DNA of 64,000 nt from a virus (IMGVR_UViG_3300037067_006949:61427-125426), one strand, 5' to 3'; numbered from the stretch's first letter, positions 9,989-20,148 are shown. Notes: generated by a model not told the origin, from the letters alone. Translations and numbers: made by a program.

Positions 9989-10673
9989 TATCGCAATCCC
10001 TTGTTATGAAATGCATGGAGTTGGGGCGGAATGTTTGGAATTTTCCTTTTCTAAAATAAAAGATCAGACATTCAAAGATTATCAGGTTGTGGTATCAGAC
10101 AGTTCAAATGACGATAAAATACAAATTTTATGTGGAAAATGGAAAGATGAATTTGATTTAAAGTATGTCAAAAGTACAGAATGTGCCGGAAGCCCCACGT
10201 CCAACTTCAACAAGGTCATAAAGAATTGTGATGGAGAATGGATAAAGCTATTATGTCTTGATGACTTTTTTCTTTATAAAAGTTCATTGCAACGCATTGC
10301 AGATGCAATAGACGAAAATTATAGTTGGATTGTAACCGGATATGATCATACTTATGACAGGGTAAACTTTGAAAGATTTCATTTTCCTCAAATAAATCCT
10401 CAGATTTATATCACGAATACGATTGGAAGTCCTAGTTGCGCAGTCATAAAGAACATAGAAGGACTGCCTGAATTTGATAACAATCTCATCTATGCTTTCG
10501 ATTGCGAATTCTATTATAATATGATAAAAAAATATGGTAATCCAAAACTTTTATTTGATCCAACCGTAGCAACATTACTTAGTAAAGACAGCTTAACTTC
10601 AACAGATGCAACACAAGAATTGATAAACAAAGAAAATGAGTATATTCTCAGGAAGCATGGATTTGCCACATGA
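9978..10673 (+). CDS. Glycosyltransferase family 2
   Basis: KISIAIPCYE, VVVSDSS, LCLDD, IGSPS. Confidence 0.85.
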   Translation: MKISIAIPCYEMHGVGAECLEFSFSKIKDQTFKDYQVVVSDSSNDDKIQILCGKWKDEFDLKYVKSTECAGSPTSNFNKVIKNCDGEWIKLLCLDDFFLYKSSLQRIADAIDENYSWIVTGYDHTYDRVNFERFHFPQINPQIYITNTIGSPSCAVIKNIEGLPEFDNNLIYAFDCEFYYNMIKKYGNPKLLFDPTVATLLSKDSLTSTDATQELINKENEYILRKHGFAT

Positions 10674-11326
10674 AAAAACAATTGCCAGACGTTACACTCA
10701 TTGCCTATACATCAAGTGACTTAGAATCGACCATTTTATCTCTATCTTATTGCGCAAGGGACTTTGATTTTGGGGCAATAAAAATTATATCCCACGAAGA
10801 GCCAGCCCATACATACAAGGGGATCACTTATGAAAAGGGGGATAAAATAAATGGCATAAACGATTTCAACAGATATATGTTTTTAGAACTTGGAAAGCAT
10901 GTAGAAACTAGTCATTGCTTATACATACAACACCATGCATTTATCATAAACCCCGAATTGTGGAATGACAATTGGTTGCAATATGATTATATCGGCGCTC
11001 CGTGGGAAGTCATTCCGAATATATATATTGCAAACAATGGAGAAACGGTAAGAGTTGGCAATGGTGGATTTTCTCTTCGTAGCAAAAAATTGTTAGACCT
11101 ACCAAAGAAAATGGGATGGGATTTACGTCAAGAGCAAGGTTGGTACAATGAAGATGGCAATATATGTTGCTATTATAGAAAAGAAATGCTTGAAAATGGA
11201 ATAAAATACGCACCCATTGAAATAGCATCCGTATTTTCGTTTGAAAATTTTGTTCCAGAAAACATTGGGCTAGATTATTTTGGATTTCATAGGAACTTTC
11301 CTCCATCACAAAGGGCACATGAATAA
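10670..11326 (+). CDS. DUF5672-like putative glycosyltransferase
   Basis: YDYIGAPW...VGNGGFSLRS...NED...FGFH signature. Confidence 0.75.
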   Translation: MKKQLPDVTLIAYTSSDLESTILSLSYCARDFDFGAIKIISHEEPAHTYKGITYEKGDKINGINDFNRYMFLELGKHVETSHCLYIQHHAFIINPELWNDNWLQYDYIGAPWEVIPNIYIANNGETVRVGNGGFSLRSKKLLDLPKKMGWDLRQEQGWYNEDGNICCYYRKEMLENGIKYAPIEIASVFSFENFVPENIGLDYFGFHRNFPPSQRAHE

Positions 11327-12122
11327 AACTTTTGGATGGGCGACACCACCCAATGATGTCATGCAACAATATATCAACAAATGTAAATTGTTTTGTATTG
11401 ATGACAACGAATTCAATAAATTTCGCAGAGACAAAGATTATACAAAAATATTAGAGGGAGGAGAATTTGAAACAGGAAGAATTAGCCTAGAATATATAAA
11501 AATAAATCATAGCGACAAACTAAAATTGATCTCAGAAAAATTGATAGAATTTAAAGAAAACGATGTTTACGGCTCTCCCATTATACATAACTTTGAAATT
11601 TTTGGAAATATTTGCCCAAGTACAATAAAATATGTAAACAACGCCTTAGACATTGATGCATTGATAGGCGATAATAATGTAAGGAACATATTAGAAGTCG
11701 GAGGCGGATATGGTGGTCTATGTAAGGTTTTGAGTTCCCTGATTGACTTTGAGAAATATATTATGATTGACCTTCCAGACGCAGTAAGTTTATGCAAAAA
11801 ATATTTAGATCATTTTGATAATATAAAAAATAAAATTGAATATATATCTTGTGACGATCTGGATAAAATAGGTAATATTATAGATGTAGACTTATTTATT
11901 AGTGACTCATCATTGGCTGAATGCGATATAGAAACACAAAATTTTTACGTTGATAACTTATTAAAGAAATCAAAATTAGCCTATTTGGTGTACAATACTA
12001 TGCATTGCGGATTTACAAACCAATATTGCAATATAATAGATTCAATAAACAAAGATTTTAAAATATCAGAATATAGAATCAATGGAAACATAATGCTATC
12101 AATGGAAAAAATATATGAATAA
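11319..12122 (+). CDS. Putative sugar O-methyltransferase (SAM-dependent)
   Basis: ILEVGGGYGGLC SAM-binding motif, IDLP, DLFIS..SLAEC. Confidence 0.75.
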   Translation: MNKTFGWATPPNDVMQQYINKCKLFCIDDNEFNKFRRDKDYTKILEGGEFETGRISLEYIKINHSDKLKLISEKLIEFKENDVYGSPIIHNFEIFGNICPSTIKYVNNALDIDALIGDNNVRNILEVGGGYGGLCKVLSSLIDFEKYIMIDLPDAVSLCKKYLDHFDNIKNKIEYISCDDLDKIGNIIDVDLFISDSSLAECDIETQNFYVDNLLKKSKLAYLVYNTMHCGFTNQYCNIIDSINKDFKISEYRINGNIMLSMEKIYE

Positions 12123-12777
12123 ATTGAAAACGTTTTTTGTGGTATCAGAATATTGGAATAACATATCATGGATATATGATTACACAGACAACTATATAAT
12201 TTATGATAAGAGTAATAGTATACAAAATGACGATAAGGTTATAAAACTTGAAGACGTTGGATACAACATATATGATTACTGTCACTTTATCGTAAATAAC
12301 TATGATAGTCTTCCCGATTTAACGGCTTTTCTTGAGGGCAATCCATTCGATCATTGCAAGAAAGAGGAGTTTGATAAACTGATTCGAAGTAATTCTTTCG
12401 CCCCAATAGAATATTATGGAAAATATCCTGCCAATGTTTTTGAGCAAAGAGACGAAAACGGCGGATTTATGGAGATAAATAATAGTTGGTATATTCAGGC
12501 TCACATAAAATCTTTCGGATCAAGAGTAAACAGGTTCTTTTCCGATTACAATGATTTCCTTGATGAAATGTTTGATAATCCAGAGCATCCAAGATGGATA
12601 AGATTTGCGCCTGGCGGTCAATATGTAGTTCCCAAAAATAACATTCTTTATTATAGCAAAGATTTTTATAGCAAGATAATGAAGTTCGTTGACTATTGTG
12701 ATTTGCCATCAGAAGCCCATATAATTGAAAGAGCATTATATTATATATTCACAAACAAATGGAGGGAAAGAAAATGA
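12115..12777 (+). CDS. DUF3431-like protein (glycosyltransferase-associated)
   Basis: HFIVNNYDSLPD..FLEGNPFDH, FAPGGQYVV, AHIIER. Confidence 0.7.
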   Translation: MNKLKTFFVVSEYWNNISWIYDYTDNYIIYDKSNSIQNDDKVIKLEDVGYNIYDYCHFIVNNYDSLPDLTAFLEGNPFDHCKKEEFDKLIRSNSFAPIEYYGKYPANVFEQRDENGGFMEINNSWYIQAHIKSFGSRVNRFFSDYNDFLDEMFDNPEHPRWIRFAPGGQYVVPKNNILYYSKDFYSKIMKFVDYCDLPSEAHIIERALYYIFTNKWRERK

Positions 12778-13619
12778 TATCTATTGACCTTACGGGCAAT
12801 ATGGGAGATCACTTAATTCGTTATACAATTTGCCGTAGCGTTGCTGAAAAAAATGGTTACAAATTTGGCATAAATCCTATCTCCAGCCACGATTATTATG
12901 GTGGTAAACCGCAAATGACATTCTTCAAAGGAATTGATTACGGAGAACCAAATAATACTCCATATGGTCAGTTGCCTCCAGAAACAGATAATGTATGGAC
13001 AGAAAAAAGAGAACTATATCCAGATCACACTTATCATCCATTTCAACCAGACATATTCGACGTCAGCCCAAATACAAAACTAGTAATTTTTTGTGGTCAA
13101 GATGCGCATTATCTTGAAAAAGAAAGGGTAAAAAAGTGGCTTGAAGTTAAAGATGATGTAGCTCTTGAGTCGCAACAAATACTAAATGACAACAATGTCG
13201 AATTAGATGATAATCTGTGCATCATTAGTTGTAGAGGCGGAGAATATAAGGGAATCCCAGGTTTGTTTCTGACAAAAAATTATTGGGATAATGCCATAAA
13301 TTTTATGTTGAAAAGAAATCCAAAAATGAAATTTATGGCTCTTACTGAAGACCCCGAATTCTACAAAACATATTTTGATTTTCCGGTGAATCATTTCAGT
13401 ACGAGTTGTGACTATTATGCTATTCACAATTGCAAGAACATAATCATAGCGAACAGTGGATTTAACATATTTCCATTGTGGACAAGCAACCAGAATCCTT
13501 ATATAATTGCCCCCAAATATTGGTCAATTCACAATTATGGTAATACATGGGCAAACAGCGACATGGAATCTTGGGGATTTAACTTTATGGATAGAGAGGG
13601 CAATGTAAATGAAGCGTAA
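12774..13619 (+). CDS. GT11-like (alpha-1,2-fucosyltransferase family) glycosyltransferase
   Basis: GNMGD (cf. GxLGNQ), SCRGGEY (cf. HxRRGDY), YWDNAI, IIANSGF, IIAPKYW. Confidence 0.75.
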   Translation: MISIDLTGNMGDHLIRYTICRSVAEKNGYKFGINPISSHDYYGGKPQMTFFKGIDYGEPNNTPYGQLPPETDNVWTEKRELYPDHTYHPFQPDIFDVSPNTKLVIFCGQDAHYLEKERVKKWLEVKDDVALESQQILNDNNVELDDNLCIISCRGGEYKGIPGLFLTKNYWDNAINFMLKRNPKMKFMALTEDPEFYKTYFDFPVNHFSTSCDYYAIHNCKNIIIANSGFNIFPLWTSNQNPYIIAPKYWSIHNYGNTWANSDMESWGFNFMDREGNVNEA

Positions 13620-14490
13620 GATTTATTGTTGTTTCTGCTTCTTCAATGAACTAGAATTATTGAAATTAAAGTTGGAAGAACTATGGGATACAGTTGATTA
13701 TTTTGTAATTTCTGAATCAGACGTTACGCATAGTGGAATCTCAAAACCACCACACTTTTTTGAAAACAAAGATAAGTTTGATAAATTCAAAGATAAAATT
13801 ATTTATCAAGCAGTCAGAGACACACCAAATGATTTTATCAATCTAAAAACCGATCCTAAAAAAGACGACGCAACCAATCTTGTAATACAAAGGGTCATTG
13901 ATGGAGACTGGTGGGATCACTCAGTTCAAAGTTACGGAAGAGATACCTTCCAAAAGGAAAGCCTGATCAGACCTCTAATATCATCAAATTGCCAAGACGA
14001 TGATTTGGTTATATTGGGCGATTTGGACGAGATACCGAAAGCCAGTGTTATCAAACAAATTGCAGAAGATTACGACGATGATGAAGTATTTCATCTTCAA
14101 CATAAGTTTTGCTGGTATTACCTAAACATTGAAAAAACCAATGAAGTGTGGTATGGAAGCATTGTAACATCTTTCAAGAGGTTCAAAGAGCAAAGCTTTT
14201 GCGAAATGCGAACACGCAAGGCTGGAAATTTTGTAGATAACGCTGGTTGGCATTTTACCTATATGAATGGGGCGGATGCAATAAAAACAAAAATAGAAAG
14301 CTTCGGAGAGCAATCTCTAAACCTTCCACAAGTAAAAGATGGAATTACTGAGAACGTCGAAAACTGCCTGATAAATGGGCACGACCTATATAATAGACCA
14401 GCAAGATTCAAGGTTGTTCCAATTGAATACGATACCATGCCAAAGTATTTGGTCGATCATCAAGACGAATTTAGACATATGATTTGGTGA
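13609..14490 (+). CDS. GT17-like glycosyltransferase
   Basis: FFNELELLKLKLEEL, VDYFVISES, GDLDEIP, GWHFTY. Confidence 0.85.
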   Translation: MKRKIYCCFCFFNELELLKLKLEELWDTVDYFVISESDVTHSGISKPPHFFENKDKFDKFKDKIIYQAVRDTPNDFINLKTDPKKDDATNLVIQRVIDGDWWDHSVQSYGRDTFQKESLIRPLISSNCQDDDLVILGDLDEIPKASVIKQIAEDYDDDEVFHLQHKFCWYYLNIEKTNEVWYGSIVTSFKRFKEQSFCEMRTRKAGNFVDNAGWHFTYMNGADAIKTKIESFGEQSLNLPQVKDGITENVENCLINGHDLYNRPARFKVVPIEYDTMPKYLVDHQDEFRHMIW

Positions 14491-14493
14491 GAT

Positions 14494-15138
14494 ATGAAAT
14501 TAGACAACATTTTTGAGATGAGTTATTGTATAAACCTTGACAAAAGGAAAGATCGTTGGGAAGCATGTGATAAAGAATTCTATAAGTTGAACTTCTATCC
14601 AGAAAGATTCAGCGCAATAGAAAATACCAACCCAGTTCTAGGATGTTATCTGTCTCATTTAGAAATATTAAAAAGAGCCAGAGACGCAAACAAAAGCGTA
14701 TTGATATTCGAAGACGACGTTGAGATAATCAATTTTGAAGAAAAGCTAATTGAAAAGGCTCTGGACGAATTATATTATATGGATTGGTGGATGCTTTACC
14801 TAGGCGCAAATTTGATGCGACCATGTTATGAAGTGACAGATCACTTGGCACAACTTACTCATGCACAAAGCACACACGCATATGGAGTTAATAAAAAGTA
14901 TTTGCCACAAATTATAAATTTCATCGAAAACAACCACACATTCATCGACGTTATTTATGCCGAAGGGATCGTGCCTCAAACTCCATGTTTCATTACAATT
15001 CCTATGATGGCAATACAAAGAACTGATTTCTCAGATATAGAAAATCGAGAAATGAATTATGATCTTCCAATCCAGAGATACAAACGGCAACTAGTCAGAA
15101 AAAAGAAGGAATTTAAATATGATAACAATTCTGTTTAG
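14494..15138 (+). CDS. GT25-like glycosyltransferase
   Basis: YCINLDKRKDRW, GCYLSHL, VLIFEDD, MLYLG, THAY. Confidence 0.85.
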   Translation: MKLDNIFEMSYCINLDKRKDRWEACDKEFYKLNFYPERFSAIENTNPVLGCYLSHLEILKRARDANKSVLIFEDDVEIINFEEKLIEKALDELYYMDWWMLYLGANLMRPCYEVTDHLAQLTHAQSTHAYGVNKKYLPQIINFIENNHTFIDVIYAEGIVPQTPCFITIPMMAIQRTDFSDIENREMNYDLPIQRYKRQLVRKKKEFKYDNNSV

Positions 15139-15934
15139 CAAAGATCGCGCTATGCAATGCGATTTGGCTATAAACTCATTGAAAGAAAATTGCATTGGAG
15201 AACATAAGGTTCACGTCCTCTATGCTTGTTCTAATAAAAGACATGAAGAATCTTATAAAACTTTGATGAACGAGCATCCGCAAATATTCTTTCATAAAGA
15301 AAATAACTTCAAGTTGGATTTGTTAGAATTGGTAAAAGATCAAGATTATGTAATGTTTTTAGTCGATGACAATATATTTACCAATAACTTTAATGTATAC
15401 CACATCTTACGTTTGCTAAACGCTCATCCAGAGTCAATCGGATTCAGCCTAAGACTAGGGGTAAATACCACATATTGCTACTCGTTAGATCAGGAACAAG
15501 AAATCCCTCCGTGTGTGAAGTTGGCTGACAATATTTTGATGTTCGGATGGGGCGAAGCAAAAGCTGATTTCAATTATCCCTTGGAGTTGTCAAGCAGCAT
15601 CTACAAAGTCAAAAATATATTACCAATATTAAATAATACAGATTATAGTAATCCTAATGGCTTGGAATGGAATATGGCGTGTAGTTCTCCAATGTTCAAA
15701 TCTACTAAACCCATGCTTATGTGCTACGAACAAAGTGTAGCCTTTTGCAACCCAATTAACAAAACACAAAGAGTCAACAACAATAGAAGCGGAACCAATA
15801 TTCAATATTCAATAGATTCACTCTTGACAAATTTTGAAAAGCGTGGTAAGATTATATATTCCCCATTCAAAGGTTTTATTTCTAATGCTTGTCATCAAGA
15901 AGTTGATATTATCATAAATTATAAGGAGAGATAA
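15119..15934 (+). CDS. Putative GT-A fold glycosyltransferase
   Basis: ILFSKDRAMQ N-terminus, FLVDD acidic motif, position within the GT cluster. Confidence 0.55.
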   Translation: MITILFSKDRAMQCDLAINSLKENCIGEHKVHVLYACSNKRHEESYKTLMNEHPQIFFHKENNFKLDLLELVKDQDYVMFLVDDNIFTNNFNVYHILRLLNAHPESIGFSLRLGVNTTYCYSLDQEQEIPPCVKLADNILMFGWGEAKADFNYPLELSSSIYKVKNILPILNNTDYSNPNGLEWNMACSSPMFKSTKPMLMCYEQSVAFCNPINKTQRVNNNRSGTNIQYSIDSLLTNFEKRGKIIYSPFKGFISNACHQEVDIIINYKER

Positions 15935-16278
15935 TGGAAGACGATAATAAAGCTAGTTTTATTGTGGTGGTTCAAAACGATGAATTGACTATTGATACCG
16001 TAATGAAAGATATTCTTGAAGATTTCATGCCTGATGACGAATTGATTGTTGTACTAAATAATAGCACAGATTCAAGCGAGTCAAAAATTGATAAATATTT
16101 GCCAAAACTTCCTAATACTTATACAAAAATTATTCATGCAGATTCAAGAGAAGATAGGGCGTTCGATATTAAAGAGGCTTTGGATGTTGGCAAAGAAAAT
16201 TCAAGTAATGATTTGAATTTCATTATTTATGGAACGGAATATAACCCCGTAGAGTGGACAAAGGATGACAATAATTGA
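15934..16278 (+). CDS. Short GT2-like protein (N-terminal Rossmann half only)
   Basis: SFIVVVQNDE...ELIVVLNNSTDSS resembles the GT2 N-terminus; only 114 aa; no downstream DxD motif seen. Confidence 0.5.
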   Translation: MEDDNKASFIVVVQNDELTIDTVMKDILEDFMPDDELIVVLNNSTDSSESKIDKYLPKLPNTYTKIIHADSREDRAFDIKEALDVGKENSSNDLNFIIYGTEYNPVEWTKDDNN

Positions 16279-17041
16279 ACAATTAACGGATAAAGATTTA
16301 AAAAGATTTTGGTCTAAAGTTGATAAAAGAGGAGAAAACGATTGTTGGGAATGGAGGGGGTGCAAAACAGCAAAAGGAGCTGGAATATTTTGTGCATCAA
16401 TTAATAATATCAATAAAAGCATTACTGCTCATCATGTTTCCTATTATATTGTAAGTGGAATAGATGCATTTGATAAGCCAATGGAAAAATATTGCAACAC
16501 AATAGGATGTTGCAACCCGAATCATTATGGGATAAAAATTAAAAAAACCATAAAAGATTTTAAAATAGATGAAAAATTTATGCAAAGGTTTTGGAAAAAA
16601 GTAAGAGTCGGCAACCACAATGGTTGCTGGGAGTGGATGGCATCAAAGGACTATAAGGGCTACGGACAATTTAGTGTAAATGGGAAAAGTATTCGATCTC
16701 ATAGAATTTCATATATGATAAAAAATGGAATTGGTAGCATTCCATCTGGAATGTCTGTTTGTCATAGTTGTGATAATAGATTATGTTGTAATCCAAAGCA
16801 TTTGTTTCTAGGAACATATGAAGATAATAACCATGACAGACATAAAAAGGGAAGAGACGGTTCTGCAAAAGGGGAAGCTCATGGTGCTGCAAAGTTAAAT
16901 AATGAAAAAGTTTTGGAAATAAGGTATTTATTACAATTGTCTTCTTTATCAAGAACAGAAATTGCAAAATTATATAGTGTAAGTAAATCTACGATAAATA
17001 GAATATCAACTGGAGAAGGATGGAAAAATATAACCATATGA
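16265..17041 (+). CDS. HNH homing endonuclease with duplicated HNH module and C-terminal HTH
   Basis: Two RFWxKV...CWEW units, VCHSCDNRLCCNPKHLFLGT..DN; HGAAKL...VSKSTINRI. Confidence 0.88.
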   Translation: MTIIEQLTDKDLKRFWSKVDKRGENDCWEWRGCKTAKGAGIFCASINNINKSITAHHVSYYIVSGIDAFDKPMEKYCNTIGCCNPNHYGIKIKKTIKDFKIDEKFMQRFWKKVRVGNHNGCWEWMASKDYKGYGQFSVNGKSIRSHRISYMIKNGIGSIPSGMSVCHSCDNRLCCNPKHLFLGTYEDNNHDRHKKGRDGSAKGEAHGAAKLNNEKVLEIRYLLQLSSLSRTEIAKLYSVSKSTINRISTGEGWKNITI

Positions 17042-17874
17042 GTAGAAATAATAATAAAAGATATGCAAAAAATTCTAATCCTCTTATTTCCGTCCTAATT
17101 CCTTGTTACGGAAGAAAAGAATGGATTCCCCTTACAATTGAATCTTTGCTAAACCAGACTTATGCTAATTGGGAGGGAATATTCGTACAAGACGGAGGCG
17201 AAGATATTGATGATGTTCTCGCCAAATATCCAGATAAAAGATTCAAATTGATCAAACACGAAAAAAACAAAGGGCTTCCGGCGGCAAGAAATACCGCATT
17301 AAGAAACTGCAATGGTGAATATATTTCCCTTCTCGATAGTGACGACATTTATATGCCATTAGCATTAGAATTTAGATTGTCTATGCTAAAAAAATATAAT
17401 GTTGAATGCGTTTATACCAGAGCGTTACAAAACATATTTGAAACTAAATTTAATGAATCTGGTCAAAAATATTATCAACTAGTTCATCAACAATTATACT
17501 GGAACCAAGAATTTGATAGAGATAGGTTGTTGGCCGTTAATTTATGCCCTTGCAATTGTACTCTTATCTCTCGCAAAGCATGGGAAGATTCTGAATATTG
17601 GTTCGATGAAGAATTAAAGACGGGAGAAGATTTTGATTTTTGGATAGCAATATCTAGAAAATATGATTTTAAAAGTTTAAGATTACTAGATTGTGAAGAT
17701 TCATATCGCACCGAATCTGGTGGTCAAATGACAAGTAATAGAAATTTTTCAGCAGACTTGCCAAGAATTTTTAAACGATGGAGGAATACGGCAACTAATT
17801 TGCCTCTCGTCATTGAAATGCAAAATAGTATCTTGAAACAGTCGGGAATCAATCCAGAAGATTACGACCTATGA
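17038..17874 (+). CDS. Glycosyltransferase family 2
   Basis: ISVLIPCY, VQDGG, NKGLPAARN, LLDSDD, FDEEL..GEDFDFW. Confidence 0.9.
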   Translation: MSRNNNKRYAKNSNPLISVLIPCYGRKEWIPLTIESLLNQTYANWEGIFVQDGGEDIDDVLAKYPDKRFKLIKHEKNKGLPAARNTALRNCNGEYISLLDSDDIYMPLALEFRLSMLKKYNVECVYTRALQNIFETKFNESGQKYYQLVHQQLYWNQEFDRDRLLAVNLCPCNCTLISRKAWEDSEYWFDEELKTGEDFDFWIAISRKYDFKSLRLLDCEDSYRTESGGQMTSNRNFSADLPRIFKRWRNTATNLPLVIEMQNSILKQSGINPEDYDL

Positions 17875-17954
17875 CGCCCCTTATATGGTTTTATGGAGGA
17901 GTATTGTCTTTAATAATTAGCGCAATCATTGCATCAAAACATCAAAGAAAGTGA
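17871..17954 (+). CDS. Putative 27-aa single-pass membrane microprotein
   Basis: MTPLIWFYGGVLSLIISAIIASKHQRK; ATGA overlap with the GT2 stop; fills the gap up to the RBS of the next gene. Confidence 0.45.
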   Translation: MTPLIWFYGGVLSLIISAIIASKHQRK

Positions 17955-17965
17955 GGTAGGATTTA

Positions 17966-19066
17966 TTGAAAGTTTTATACGTATATGCGGATCAACCCCA
18001 TGAGCTTAATTGTTCGGTTTTCAACTGTTTCAACCCAACAGATGCAATAAATAAAACGGGAGTTCACACAGCAAGTTATATACACGTAGATCAGTTCGTT
18101 AAAAATGAACCAGAAACACAAAAACTTTGTTCTGAAGCCGACATTATTATTATAGAAAGAAATTTTTTCCAAGATGTTTCAACTATGGAGGTTTTTTGGT
18201 GGGTTAGAGGAAAAATTTTAGCTGGTATTTGGGATGACGGATATAGCGTAATGCATCAAAGAAATCCGGCATATCCATTTTGGAATAATGGCGAAATAAA
18301 ATATGTTTTAAAAGACGATCCAAAGGTAGAGCACGTTGGTTATATGTCTCCAAAGCCATTGACCCAAATGAAATATTCTCTCCATTTTTTAAAGGGTGCT
18401 CAAGTGGTTTCGGACGCTCTAGTAGAAGACTGGTCGCCTTTTGTAGATTGTTACAAGATCAACAATCACATTGTTATTGACCGTTATACCAACGTAACAG
18501 AGCCATTATATCCTCATGATGGAATTTGGATAGGCTGGACGGGTTCTTTGTCACATAGAGATTCATTTGAATCGTCCGGTTTGCTTCGTGCTTATCGTAA
18601 AATTTGCAAGAATTTTCCCAATGTAAAAGTTTTGATTACTGGCGACAAAAGAATATATGATGAATTGGATGTTCCTAACACAAGAAAAATGTTTAGCGGA
18701 TATGTACCAGCAGAGCAATATCCATCATTGATTAAAAGTCTCGATATTTGTACAATTCCATTAGCCGGAGAATATGATAAGAGGCGTAGCCAAATCAAAC
18801 CATTAGAATGCCTAGCACTCAAAGTTCCATTTGTAGCAACCAACTTTCCGAACTACAATCATCTTGCTCCATATGGAGTATTCACAGAAAATGGTTGGGA
18901 AAATTGGGAAAACGCTATTGCAGAATCGTTAGAAAAACTTCCAGACCTTCGAGAAAAAGCAGTTGAAGTTGGGTATCCATTCGCACTAACGCAAGATATT
19001 GATCTACACGTGCAAGAAAGAATTGACCTGTATCAGATGTTGATAGACAAACCGTATAGATATTAG
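17966..19066 (+). CDS. GT-B (GT4-like) glycosyltransferase
   Basis: IGWTGSLSH, LDICTIPL...RSQIKPLECLALKVPFVAT (C-terminal GT-B motif); TTG start with GAGG RBS. Confidence 0.8.
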   Translation: MKVLYVYADQPHELNCSVFNCFNPTDAINKTGVHTASYIHVDQFVKNEPETQKLCSEADIIIIERNFFQDVSTMEVFWWVRGKILAGIWDDGYSVMHQRNPAYPFWNNGEIKYVLKDDPKVEHVGYMSPKPLTQMKYSLHFLKGAQVVSDALVEDWSPFVDCYKINNHIVIDRYTNVTEPLYPHDGIWIGWTGSLSHRDSFESSGLLRAYRKICKNFPNVKVLITGDKRIYDELDVPNTRKMFSGYVPAEQYPSLIKSLDICTIPLAGEYDKRRSQIKPLECLALKVPFVATNFPNYNHLAPYGVFTENGWENWENAIAESLEKLPDLREKAVEVGYPFALTQDIDLHVQERIDLYQMLIDKPYRY

Positions 19067-19073
19067 GAAAAAT

Positions 19074-19601
19074 ATGAAAAATATTATTATAGCCGTAGAT
19101 TGCGATGACGTGTGCATTAACTTGATAGACCGTTGGCTGTACGAATACAATAGTGACTTTGAAGACAACCTAACGAGAAATGACATAACCGATTGGGATG
19201 TACAAAAATTTGTCAAACCCGAATGTGGCACAAAAATATACAGATATATCGAAGATAAAACGATGTATGATTATTGCCAACCAGTTGCGGATTCATTAGA
19301 AGGCGTAAATCTTTTACGAACCATGGGTAGAGTTATTTTTGTTACTCACCCCACAATTGGAACTGCCGGAAGAAAATATGTCTGGCTGAAAGAAAACGGA
19401 TATATTGATTCAATGGAAGATTATGTAGAAGCAAAAGATAAAAGTCTAATCAATTTTGACTTCCTGATTGACGACAATTATCACAACATTTGCCGTTACA
19501 AAAATAGTTTCTTATTCAACCAACCATGGAATGAAAAATATTTCTATGCGCAACGCATAAAAAACTGGAGAGAATACATCGACGCAAGGAAGTCCAAATG
19601 A
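19074..19601 (+). CDS. 5'(3')-deoxyribonucleotidase (HAD, NT5C-like)
   Basis: IAVDCDDV, DKSL...LIDD, FNQPWN. Confidence 0.88.
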   Translation: MKNIIIAVDCDDVCINLIDRWLYEYNSDFEDNLTRNDITDWDVQKFVKPECGTKIYRYIEDKTMYDYCQPVADSLEGVNLLRTMGRVIFVTHPTIGTAGRKYVWLKENGYIDSMEDYVEAKDKSLINFDFLIDDNYHNICRYKNSFLFNQPWNEKYFYAQRIKNWREYIDARKSK

Positions 19602-20134
19602 AGATAGTTACCATTTCGGGTGAAGCAAGGCATGGCAAGGATTCTACCGCAAATATTCTGAAATCCATGTTAGAATCTTTAGATAGAAAAGTATTGATTA
19701 TTCATATGGCAGACTATTTAAAATATATATGCCAAAAATATTATGAATGGGATGGAAAAAAAGATGAGTCGGGAAGAAAATTGCTTCAATATGTTGGAAC
19801 TGATAAAATAAGAAAAAAGATTCCTGATTTTTGGGTGGACACAGTTATAAGACTTCTAGAAGCTTTTGGAAATGATTTTGATTATGTCCTAATACCAGAC
19901 ACAAGATTTAAAAACGAGATAAACAAGCTTAGAGATTTTGGATTTGCAACATTAGCGGTCAAAGTAGTAAGGTTAAATTTTGAAAACGATCTTACTCTAG
20001 AGCAACGCAATCATCCAAGCGAAAGAGCATTAGACGATTTTAAGTTTGATTACACCATTGAGTCTGAATCTGGAATGGCAAATCTAGCGGTTGAAGTAAA
20101 TAAATTTTTCAGCAAATACATAAACGTGTGGTAA
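19598..20134 (+). CDS. Deoxynucleoside monophosphate kinase
   Basis: ISGEARHGKD P-loop, ADYLK, RKLLQYVGT, PDTRFKNE, HPSE. Confidence 0.88.
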   Translation: MKIVTISGEARHGKDSTANILKSMLESLDRKVLIIHMADYLKYICQKYYEWDGKKDESGRKLLQYVGTDKIRKKIPDFWVDTVIRLLEAFGNDFDYVLIPDTRFKNEINKLRDFGFATLAVKVVRLNFENDLTLEQRNHPSERALDDFKFDYTIESESGMANLAVEVNKFFSKYINVW

Positions 20135-20148
20135 AGAAAGGAAAAATA

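Noticed and set aside
16265-17041. HNH gene as an intron splitting one GT2 gene
   Set aside because: There is no non-coding flank to hold a ribozyme core, and the downstream GT2 has its own complete N-terminus.
5839-19066. Gtr-type serotype conversion cassette or host O-antigen locus
   Set aside because: No flippase, polymerase, ligase or polyprenyl-phosphate transferase; the genes are coupled to phage replication genes.
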